Assembly: GCA_043228905.1 (NCBI GenBank) | Contig: JBHGNT010000005.1 | Location: 7,750,001 to 7,814,000, forward strand | Origin: Azolla caroliniana | Lineage: Eukaryota; Plantae; Polypodiophyta | DNA: 64,000 nucleotides | Direction: 5' to 3' | Shown here: one piece after another, positions 15,501 through 27,500 of the stretch | How the letters are laid out: every line of letters begins with the position of its first letter | Numbering within the stretch: position 1 is the first letter of the stretch | The notes under the pieces: generated by a model | What the model was told of the DNA's origin: nothing | What the model saw: the letters and a program-made list of their open reading frames with translations, nothing else | Databases searched by the model: none | Translations under genes and position numbers: made by a program

Positions 15501-18500
15501 GCCTTATTGGTGGAAAACAACGTCTTGGAGAAGTATGTATTTGCTTTTGCTTTTGACCTAGATAGTTCTGCATGATAAAATTTGAAACGATAGTACATTT
15601 GCACCATTATTACATCAAATTTGCTTTATTATAAAGTATGAAAAATCATAAAAAAACAAAAAATAATCTAATGGGATATTCTAGAGAATGAATTGCTGAA
15701 AAAATGATCATTGTTAGAATGTCACCCACATAAAGATTTGCTGCTATTATTTTTACTACAAACTTCCATGTCTTTTATAACAGTATCATATTATTACGAG
15801 TTATACAAATAACTGCCAAACTTTCTTTTTCCTTGAAAAAAGATACACTCAATCAATATGCTTTGGCGTCATTTTCATGAATATCCTGCTGCATTAATGA
15901 GAAATATGGATCCACAAGATCGACCAATATCGTAGGTCTCTTCTAATCTATAATTGTGTTTCATTGATGTGAAAAGAATTTATAAGACGTTTCTTGATTT
16001 TGTAGGCGTTCTACTGGTGAACAGGCGTCAGTTAATGTAATTTTAACTTGATTTTCAGTTAGTATTTTTAGCCTTTCTTTTGAAAAAATTTCAATGTCTC
16101 TTTCTCATTCTGGAACTCTTTGGCTATTTTGTGGCGGTTTGTTCCCTTTTAGGAAAAAGTGTTTGCTTCATACTGGAATGAGATTATAAGTTGTCTTAGA
16201 GAAGAAGATTACATCAACAACAGGTCAGATAAGATTGGATTTTCATAATGTAGCACTTTGAATAACTTTTTGGACTATTTATAGCCAACTCTTAGTAGTA
16301 ATGTTATCTTGGATTTCTCTGTTAGGCTATTCTCAGTTAAAAATTTCCTGCAGCAAACATTGCAATAATACGACATCTGTTCTTTTTTATAAAAGGACAA
16401 ATGATATATTAATGTCTTCTACGAGGCCAAAATGGCATACAAGGCCAACCAAATGATTACATCTTAAAATGTTGTCTTGTCACTGAGAACAACAACCAAA
16501 ATAAATGTAACTAAATCAAATTAGAGGTGAATAGAGAATCCCATGGTGTACACATAAGATTCTCAAGTCAAATGGATTGTAATTTTTTGTCTTCAAAAGG
16601 TCTAGCATAGGTTGTCGATCCAGAATGGAGAGACCTCCAAAGTGAGGGAAACACTTGCAACAGGAGATAATGGCCTTTATCTCTCAATCACAAGGTTTAC
16701 GAGGTCGTGGTCCACAAGGCTAGTGCCTATTTGCATGACAATTTGCTATTGCCCGATCTATTGTAACCCGTTTGCAATGTCCTAGTTAGGAACTCACTTA
16801 TGTAGCCCATGGTTGACTCGTAGCGTGAATAGGAGTGATAGGGCAAAAGAAAGTTGTGATTATTTGTAGTTGATGAGATTGTGTGGTTGTATTGTTGTCC
16901 TTCAACAACTTCTCCATGTGTCTCGATTTCTTGCTAAAACAGAATGAACACCATTTGTCCTCATCTTCCATTATGTTGCGGACTGGGCCAAAGACATGCA
17001 TAGAGAGGCAATGGTATCTCCTGCTTATTTCATATAAAAAAGTTACAAACAGTGTTGATACGATGCTTGAGTGGTGTTAAACACCATGAACTTATCTTGG
17101 TTACCAACAAACCTTTGTCTGTGCAACATGATTTTAAGGCGTTTAGGTGTCTTTGCAGTTCCTCGAGAGAGTCAGATATCAGCAGAATATCATGAGCATA
17201 TAATAATATTTGAATGGCTATACTGGCCAAGCATTGCCTGAACCACCAAATCTGTCTATATAATACGATATCTCTTCTATATAGAAACCAAAGGGAGTGG
17301 CGATAGTGTGCATTCTTGTTTTACTCTGATTGTGCTAGCCATAGTGTGAGATAACCCATTGGGAGATTGCATTTTTCCTAACACGGATTCATACAGTGCA
17401 TAATTTGTCAATTGCATATCTATGGGGTGACGGAGGGCTTCCAACTGCTGCATGAACGAGCATGCAGTAGGTTGTTTGGAAATTCACTAAGCAGCAATAA
17501 ATCTCTTTTTTTGAACTGCAGTAGGTTGTTACCTTCAAACAATCACTGGAAGAGGGGTTGCAATAGATCACACACGTAGCATGTGCAGTGATGTAGGCTA
17601 CAACCGTTTGAACCACATCCTGGTCACCCTTGTCATTGACAAATAAGGCCATTGTCACCCTTGTTTCAAAGATTTCTCCATCTTGGAGTAGTCCGTGTTA
17701 GAGATTTTCCGAAGGCAAAAGTTTTTGTCTATCTATGTCTAGAATTTTAAGTTTTACATATCTAGATCCTCTGGTACCTTATAATTCATTAGCTATATTT
17801 ATTTTGGTTTGTTCTCAAAGGCGACGAAACACTTTAAGATGTTTTTGGTATCATAGGCCATTTTGGAGTCTTAAAAGTTGTTAATATATCTTTCTATGTG
17901 TTCTGCACATATGCCATGGCTATTTGAACCATGGCCACATTACGTTACCGACAAATAAAAGGCATCATCACCCAGTTCCAAAGGTGCTTCTTCTTTCCAT
18001 GTTGGTGATGATCTTTTGAAGACAAGTTTCAATCTATCTAAGTTCTGAAGCATGAGTGCACAGATAACAAGATTCTTTAGTATCCTATATTTAGTTATAT
18101 GTGTTTTCCGTTTCCAGTTCTCAAACACGAGACACATTTAAGATGTAGTCTCTTGTTTTCTCTTATAGTTCATCCTGGCCTTTTAAAAGAGGTTAATATA
18201 ATATATTTTTCTAATAATCTCTTGTTCAGTCTTATAGGACATTTTGCCTCTGCCTTTGAGATCTTTCCATGTTGGTGATGATCTTTTGACGACAAAAGTT
18301 TCAGTCTGTCTAAGTTCTGAAAAGCTTGAGTGCTCAGATAACAAGCTTCTTTAGTATTTAGTTATATGTTTTTCTGGTTTGCGTTTTTCTTGTACAATGT
18401 ATTTTTTTTACATTGACCTATTATTCCTTTCATAGGTGAGACACATGAGTTCACCTGGCTTAATACAATGTAGTTTGCTCTTGATTTCTTGCTAAAGAGA

Positions 18501-21500
18501 TGTTGTTTAGGAAAATTCTCAACTATATTTAGCTCCATCACTCCTAATGCTACAAGTTAATTCAAAGGCTACTAAAGTAAAGTCTTGATGACAACACTTG
18601 TTGTGTTACGGGCATGACCATATAATATCCTGTGGTAAGATTATACCGTAGTATTCTATACACGTGGATAAAGTGTGAGGGTTAAACGAGAAAGTAAAGA
18701 GGGAAGGATTACTTTTAATCCTTGGGATTGAGACAACCCATTAAGGTCAAGTGTGAATTTGCCTGGGGGCCTTAGGTCTAGCTATAAACATGAGACCTAG
18801 CTACCCTCATTGGAGATATTCGATTACATCGAGACTTTGCTTAAGTGGTGATCAAACTCTTGTAAGTGAGCGCGCCAGTACCAGGTATGACTTGATGCCA
18901 TGACGGTGGTATGGGACGCCGATCAAGGGTCGAGTCCCTCTCGATCCCTTCGCTCACGGGTGGTCGGGTGGATCGGCACCCTTCTTTTTGTCTCGCCTTT
19001 CTTTTCTATCTATCTATTATATCCTTATCATATGCTTACATTAGGATCTAGCTCTAACATGTTGGACTACAATAGGGGGTGTGGAATCGAAAGAACACTA
19101 TACCTGCCATTGTGTTTTTTATAAAATAAGAGGGAGATTCCACTGCGTCTTCAAATAAGTCTTGGCCTCTACGTAAGGTCATGGAAAATGAAGACAAATG
19201 GTGATTGGAACTCTTCTTACTAGAACTCAAGAGACATGAGAGAAGTTGTTGAAGTATAATAATACAACCTCAGGAGCTCTTTGTTCCTTGGAATATGAAG
19301 ACTAATGGTGATTGGAACCTATGTTTCATTGTTATTACTCTGGTTTGTCATTTTGAAAGATGAAAAAAGACTTTAAGATGTAATTCTTGTTTGGTCTTAT
19401 AGGCCATGTAGACCTCTTAAAAGATGCTAATATAGTTTTCTTTCTTTCTGTCCTTGTTTAAAACTCACTTGCCTTTGTTCTTGTTAAAGTTGTGACTTAT
19501 TGCTCATTCTGAACAGTTGCATTGTACTTAGATCTTGTTAATATATTGGGTGTATAGTGAAAAAGAGTTCCTTTCCATGCCGGAAGCTGCAAGAGATTTG
19601 AATCTTCATAATCATCAGAAATACTTTGTCAAATGGCCATTGTTCCTCCTTGTTGGTAAGGTATAAGGGGCTTAATTATCTTTAGCTACAAATTACTGGT
19701 TCTATTTGTTATAATTTTGTTTGGAAAGTTCTTTTGAGCTCATAATGCAAAATAATCAGGTTGATCAAGCAGTGACAGCCACGAAAGATCATGAAGGTAG
19801 TCCAGAAGAAAAGTGGAAGATGATAGAGAAGGATATATATATGCGATCTGCTGTTTTAGAAGCATATGTGACATTTACAGATATTTTACTACAATTTCTG
19901 AATGATCAAAGGTAAGATCATCGTATGAAATTAATGTGTAACTATAGTTCATGTTACTAACATCAATTTTTCTCGATGTTCTGCAATTATTCAGCTTAAA
20001 AGGCAAAGAATTTGAAATTGTGACGAATTTTAAGTTTAAGGAGCTTCCAAATGTTGTAAAGAATGCGTCAGAGCTTCTAGAAGCCCTTCTAAAATTAATC
20101 CTGGTGCACATTTTAACACCTTTTCTTAATATTTATCAATTTCTGAGAAAGTTATTAATATTCCATTTTCACGTCCATGAACTAGGCATCTAAGTTGGCT
20201 TGTTTTAATCTTCTGTGCTTTAATTTAATTTTGAACTATAAACTAAATACAAGTTACCAACGAGTATATTTAGCTAAGCACCTTATATCTAGGTATTCTT
20301 CTTTTGTTTGTTATTCTCAAAAATGAGGCAACATTTAAATATGTAATTCCTCATTTGGTCTCATAGGCCATATTTGCCTCTATATGTATATATATATAGA
20401 AAGAAAGAAAGAAAGAAAGATATATTAACATCTTTTAACAGGCCAAAATGGCAGAAAGAGAAAGAAAGAAAGATATATTAATGTCTTTTAAGAGGCCAAA
20501 ATGGCCTATAAGACCAAATAAGAGATTACATACATACATACCTATATAGATATAGATACATATATATTCCACATACCTATATAGATATATATAGGTATTA
20601 CAAAATGGCAGAAAGAAAGAAAGAAAGATATATTAACGTCTTTTAAGAGGCCAAAATGGCCTATAAGACCGAATAAGAGATTACATCTTAAATTTTTCTC
20701 GTCTTTGAGAACAAATCAAAATAAAGTAAATATTACACAGTAAATATAAAAGTAAATAAGATGAAAAGAAAAGAGACGAGAGAATCTGGTTTTTGGCACA
20801 TGCGAGATTCTCAAGTTAGATATATTGTAGCTTTTGTCTCCGAAAGATCTCTATCATAGGTCGATCCAGAATGGAAATGTCTCCGAAGCGAGGGAAGCAC
20901 CTACGATGGCGGGAGATAATGACTTTTATTTGTTGATGACAAGGGTGTTGAGGTCGTGGTCCATGGGGCCAGGGCCTACGTGCACGGCAAATTGCCATTG
21001 CCCGATCAATCGTAACCCCTTTGTTACATATATATTCCACATGGCTCACGCCCACATGAATCCACCTTTCTACTCAAAATATAAAGAAATGCATTTGATC
21101 CATTACAATTCTGGAAGGCTCAAGATCATGATGGATTGCTAGGTGAGCGCTCTATCTATGTCCATGACGTCTTGCTCCCATTGCTGGCACACATCCTTAA
21201 TAGAGCTATGTGTAAAGGTTTCCTTACAAGCTGGACAAAACATACCATTGTGCCAATCTTCAAGAGTGGTAATTCCATGATGCCGAGAAATTATAGGACA
21301 ATCATAATGCAGAGAGAGAGATATATACATACATACCTATATAGATATAGATACATATATATTCCACATGGCTCATGCCACATGAATCCACCTTTCTACT
21401 CAAAATATAAAGAAATGCATTTGATCCATTACAATTCTGGAAGGCTCAAGATCATGATGGATTGCTAGGTGAGCGCTCTATCTATGTCCATGACATCTTG

Positions 21501-24500
21501 CTCCCATTGCTGGCACACATCCTTAATAGAGCTATGTGTAAAGGTTTCCTTACAAGCTGGACAAAACATACCATTGTGCCAATCTTCAAGAGTGGTAATT
21601 CCATGATGCTGAGAAATTATAGGAAAATCATAATTAGCCATTCCTTGACTCAAGTATATGGCTAAATCCTAGGATCAGAATGAAGTATGGCCTCCGTTCA
21701 GTTTGACAGGCAGGCTTTTCAAAAGGGGTTCATAATTTTGCATCAAATATTGACCCTCGGAGCCCTTACAGAGGAGGGCACCCTAAACATTGTACTTCAC
21801 TCTAAGCTCATGTTAGAAGCTTGAAGCCCTTGGCGTCATCTTATATATACAATCGGGAGTCTATGAAATGTTTGAATACGTGTCAAGAAGAATGTGATCT
21901 CCCATTAAGTTATTAGAGGCTGTGGCTACCACAATCAGAGTAAAACAAGGATGCCCACTATCACCACTGTTTGGTTTCTATGTCGAGGATCTATAATAAC
22001 AAACAACTCTCAGCAATGGATATCTTTGCTCTTGCAATGATGAAAGCAAAATGCGATACGTGTTAGATATAATCAATGATCAGCCCCAAGTTGTAAATCT
22101 ATCCCCATATGTGCTCTTAGAGTGCACATTTTGTGATAGCGCCCCAAATGAGGAGCGGCTAGTGTGCAACTCGACCATATGGGTCGATAAGGTGTTAATC
22201 TAGGAAACCGTAGATGCGTAGGACACAATATATTTAGGAAAGAGAGAAATAGATAAAAGGATTGGCTAATCAAGTCAGCTAGAATATTTTGTGGGCAAGT
22301 TACGATGTACTTAGTCTTGAAGTATGCGTCATTGACTTCAAGATAAGTATTATCTAGCACTAGCCTGTACCTAGGGAGTTGGGTCATATTAAATGACAAG
22401 TCAGTTGACAGAAAAGGAATATCTCCACTACTGTCAACTGACTTGCACATTTATACTAAGACCAAACATAGATTATAAGTCACTTTTCTCACACAGTGGT
22501 CAGATTGATCATTTGTCCCCACTAATTTTGTAGTGAGCCGGTCCATATCCTATCTAAGCTCTAAGGTGTGAGCGCATGGGAAAACTACCATTTTGAACTA
22601 CTCTCATATGTAATAGAAATTCTGTTTTCATATATCCATCTCTGCAGTTGTAACTCTATATACCTATCTACTCGATTCTCAATATTTCTAATAATACGCA
22701 ATGTGAATTGCCGAATTCGGATAATTATCAAGTCTTTGAACGTGACTTGCGCCGGGGGCTTGTCCAAGGGTACGTCTGCCTAAGCGTCCTCATGAACCCC
22801 ATGCCTCTCCCACCATTTGTTGGGATGGAGTGGAGGGGATGATGACGTATTGCATTACATAGACAGATTTGGTGGTTCGTGATTGGCCATTACTTGGCTA
22901 AACTATATGGCTCGATTCTAGAATCAGAATTAAGTATATGGGCAGAGCGGAATGGCTGCCGTTCAATTGGACAGCCAGGCTTTCGGAAGGGGTTCACAAC
23001 TTTGGATCACATATTCACCCTCCAGGCCCTTATTGAGGACGGAAGAGTCCAATAAGAGAATTTATTGCTGCTTTGTGGATTTCTGAAAAACCTTTGACAT
23101 TGTGCCACGTGCTCGGTTTATGCAGGGGTTAGAAGCCCTTGGTTTTCCTACAGATATGCAATGGGTAATCTATGCACTCTATGAATCCGTGTCAGGAAAG
23201 TGCGATCTTCCAAGGGTTTGCCAGAGGCGGTGGCTAGCACAATCCGAAAGGATGCCCACTATCACCCACTCTCTTCGGTCTCTATATAGATGAGGTATCA
23301 CATTACATAGAGAGATTTGGGGGTTTGGGAGTACGCCTAGCAGGTGTAGCTATACAAATATTACTATATGCTGATGATATTGTGCTGATTTCTGACTCTC
23401 CGGAGGGACTACAAAGACATCTAAATGCCTTAAAACTATTTTGTACGGACAAATGTTTATCAATCAACATGGATAAAACTAAAGTGATGGTGTTTAACAC
23501 CACTCAAGCATGGTTAACAAGATCAGAACCGGAATTCGTCTTGGGAGACGAAAAGGTGGAATACACACACACCTACACATGCCTAGGAGTAATATTTGCA
23601 GGGCCTAGGTTCTCCTTACGGGAGGCTGCTTGTGCCCGACTTTCTCGTGGATATGCAGCCCTTGGTGCTTTCAAGAGACAATGTGCACATTTGCAGTTCC
23701 AAGGGCCACGAACTAAGCTATGGTTATTTGATACACTTGTCACAGCAACTCTTCTCTATGAAGTAGAAATGTGGGAACTGAGTCTTAACAAGGCAAATCA
23801 TTGGAAAGATTTAGAGAGACCTTTAGTGTCAATGATTGCCCACATGATAAGGAGCAAAGCATCGGTATATTCTGGGCAGAGATGGGAGCAGCACCTATCA
23901 TTACCGAGGCATAGTTTTTATCAGTGACATTTATATGACGTCTTTGGGAGCTCCCTAAACAAAGGTACCCAAGGTAGTTCATCGTCAAGACAACTGGCTA
24001 AAAATGGAGACATTTATTGTTGGTATGCTGAAATGCAGCAATGGTTCAAGTCACGTGGCATGAATATAGATGCACTACCCCCGTTCCAATATAGCTTGGA
24101 CTGTCCCCATCTAAATGTGACCAAAGTGGAAAAGAATAGAGTGATCCGAACTGATATTATTAACTTGGAAAACAAGATAACATGGATCAGCCCCAAAATA
24201 TCACTTGGTACGAAGATGGCCCACAATAAAACACTTCTTACACACATTGGAGGATGGATTCATCATTAGGCCACCTTATATGGACATGCATCTATCCTAT
24301 GTACTGCGTAGTGTGATAGGGTAGCGACGAACTTCATCACATCAGTTACAGATCGAGGTAGGCAGATATACCCGACTACCTCTAGAAGAGAGAATTTGCC
24401 AATTGTGCCATCAAGGATCAGAATCCGAAGAACACTATGTTTGTTATTGTAGTGTCTTTTATGAAATCAGGGGGAGATACCATTGCCTCTTTAAACAAGG

Positions 24501-27500
24501 CTTTCGCCCACTACGCAAGGTAATAGAATATGAGGACCAATGGTGCCTAGGACTTTTCTTGCTAGAGCTCAAGAGACATCGAGAAAAGTTGTTGTCAATC
24601 ACGGGATACACAAATGGGCTCCCGACCAGGACATAACAAAGGGGTTATAATTGATTGGGCAATAGCAATTTGCCGTGCACGTAGGCCTCGGCCCCATGGA
24701 TTACGACCTCGACACCCTTGTCATCGACAGATAAAAGCCATTATCTGCCACCATCGCAGGTGCTTCCCTTGCTTCGGAGACCTTTCCATTTTGGATTGAC
24801 CTATGCTAGAAATCTTTCGAAGACAAAAGCTACAATACACCTAACATGAGAATCTCACATGTACCGAAAACCAAATTCCCTCGTCTCTTTTTATCTTATA
24901 TACTTATATATTTACGAAGTATTATTTACTTATTTTTTTTATTTGTTCTCAAAGACGAGACAACACTTAAGATGTAATCTCTTGTTTGGTCTAATAGGCC
25001 ATTTTGGCCTCTTAAAAGAAATATATCTTTCTTTCTTTCTATCTATCTGATTGGAAAGAGATCTAATTACTTCATGGGCCAACACATAAACTCCTATGTT
25101 TTTGTGCATGGGCAGAAAAATAAAGAACTTGATGCAACAAAGGTCCACCAGTAAATTCCTTATACATGGTTTTGTTGATATTTCTTGCGATTCGCTCATG
25201 GTTTTGTTGATGTTTCTGGAGACCATCTTTTTGGACCTACAATTATACCTTTTGTCAATTCATTGATGTTTTGTTCATGGCCAGGAAAATAAACAACTTG
25301 AGGCAGCAGAGAGGTCCATCAGTAAATTCTTTGATATGCTTGAGAGGTTTGAAGATAATTTCTTTCTTATGTTTGCATAAATGTGTTAATAGTAGATGTA
25401 TGTGCTTTTGTGTGTTGGAAGATTTTCCTCATTAATAATAGTCAATAAGGTAATCTTATAGTCAATCCTTGTTTTTAGATCGTTTAAGATATATCCTGAG
25501 GTCCTTCGGAGTACTTCGCATGAGCTTCAGTGGCCTACTGAAGCTCACAAGGTGGTAGGTATCTCCTGAGGTGCATCAGCTGAATTATACAGATAATGTG
25601 TTGAAAGCTATTTTCTTTCTGCAATTATATATTAACAAACTTGTGAACTGAATTTTCTCATCATGTGAAATTGTGCTCATGTAGTGTCGCTCAAAAATAG
25701 AAAGGTTACAACACCTTCTAAAAGGAGATGGATCAGAAAGTATCCCAAAGAATCCGGAAGCGCGTCGTCGATTACAATTTTTTGCAAATTCGCTATTTAT
25801 GAATATGCCCAAGGCTAAATCTATTGAAACAATGAGATCCTTCAGGTATGTATTTGAACCTGAAGTTTTTCTTATTTTCTCCTGCAACCTCATTCTTGTC
25901 AGATTCTTCCTCTGATGTTTTCCCTGTTTCCAATCCGAGTTTTCCTTTCTTTCGGTAGTGTGATTACACCATTCTCTTCAGGGGATGTCATATACACAAT
26001 TGAGCAGTTGAATAAACAAGAGGATGGCATTTCATTGCTATTTTATTTGCAAAAAGTTTTTCCAGGTGAATTACAACTTTATGATTCTAGGTTTTTTTTT
26101 AAAAAACGAATTCCTCCTGTTTCAGCGATTCATATTGTCATCCTCTTCTACACTAGTTGGAGGGACATACTGTTTACTATGTTTTTGAGACAAGTCTGCA
26201 TTTCTTTGAACTTTTAATGTTTTTGACAAGTTAACGTAAAAACTATTTCTAAGAATTGAAATATGGCGTTTCGAAGATGCAAATAGAACTATCTTGATTT
26301 CTTTGTAGCAGAAAATGAGGCCATTTTTACCTGGCAACAAAGAAGTTTTAATCTATTTAAGATCTGTTGTTTCTGGAGTAGTTAACAAGAGTTTTTGGTA
26401 ACTTAGAGCTAGTTATATTTATGTTAGTTTCTTTGTAAAGATGAGGCAATATTTTAAGGTGTAATCCTTCATTTGTTCTTGTTGGATATTTTGGCCTCTT
26501 AAAAGATGATAATATCTTTATTTCTTTGTATTAATCTGATGGACTGAAAGATATCTGCATTAATACTGCTGCTTTGGTTTTGATTCTTCAAAATTGTACT
26601 GAAATCAAATGATCTAGAATGTATGGCTGTCCTAGAGCTGAAGTGTTCTATATAAAACTATTGAGCCAAAACCACTGTAAACTGTTTTTTTTGCTTTTAG
26701 ATGATTGGAAAAACTTTTTGGAAAAACTGAAAATGAAAGAGGATATATTGATGATGAGAGTGAATGAAGATAAGACTTTGCAAGTAGCTTTGAAATTACG
26801 TTTGTGGGCCTCCTACCGTGGGCAGACATTAGCAAGGACAGGTTTACAAATGATTTATTGTTTTTTGCTGTAGCATTAAATGCTCTTAGAATTCTAGCCA
26901 ATTTAAATGAATGCCACCTTTATACAGTTCGGGGAATGATGTACTATCACAAGGCCCTTCAAGTACAAAGACTTGTAGAGATTTCAGCTTCTGAAGGTTG
27001 GTACAAAGAAATGTATTGGCCTATATATATAATACTGTAAGAGGTAATGACAGTACAAAATTTCATTCATGTTAATTCTTTTGCATAAAAAAATATTGCA
27101 TCAATCAAGATGTAGGTAGATATTACATCTACAACAGTTTTTTCATATGCATCCATCTGGTCATCTTGACAGGCTGCATGTTTATAAAATGCAGATAAGG
27201 CTGCTAAAAGTGATCAAAATGCAGATAAGATTACTAAAAGCGATGGAGATCCCAGATCACAGAGGGATCAGGTGCATGCAAACTTGAAGTTTACCTATAT
27301 TGTGACATGTGAGATAAGCATGCAACAAGAACAACAAAAACAACAGAAACGGGATATTCTCTATCTGTTAAAGACGTATGAAATACGCTGTATTTTTACA
27401 TGTATTTTTTAAGGATATAACTTCTTGTCGAACCATCTATCAATTATCCTTGCTGCAGGAATAAAGCATTACGAGTGGCATATATACACATGTCTGACCG

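Noticed and set aside
18845-18975. tRNA- or 5S-like (Cassandra) domain in the solo LTR (AGGGTCGAGTCCCT)
   Set aside because: Only a weak box-B-like match; no cloverleaf and no 5S A/C-box similarity visible.
21989-22841. Helitron starting A|TCTATAATA
   Set aside because: No 3' hairpin plus CTRR end; the insert is explained by rDNA plus a solo LTR.
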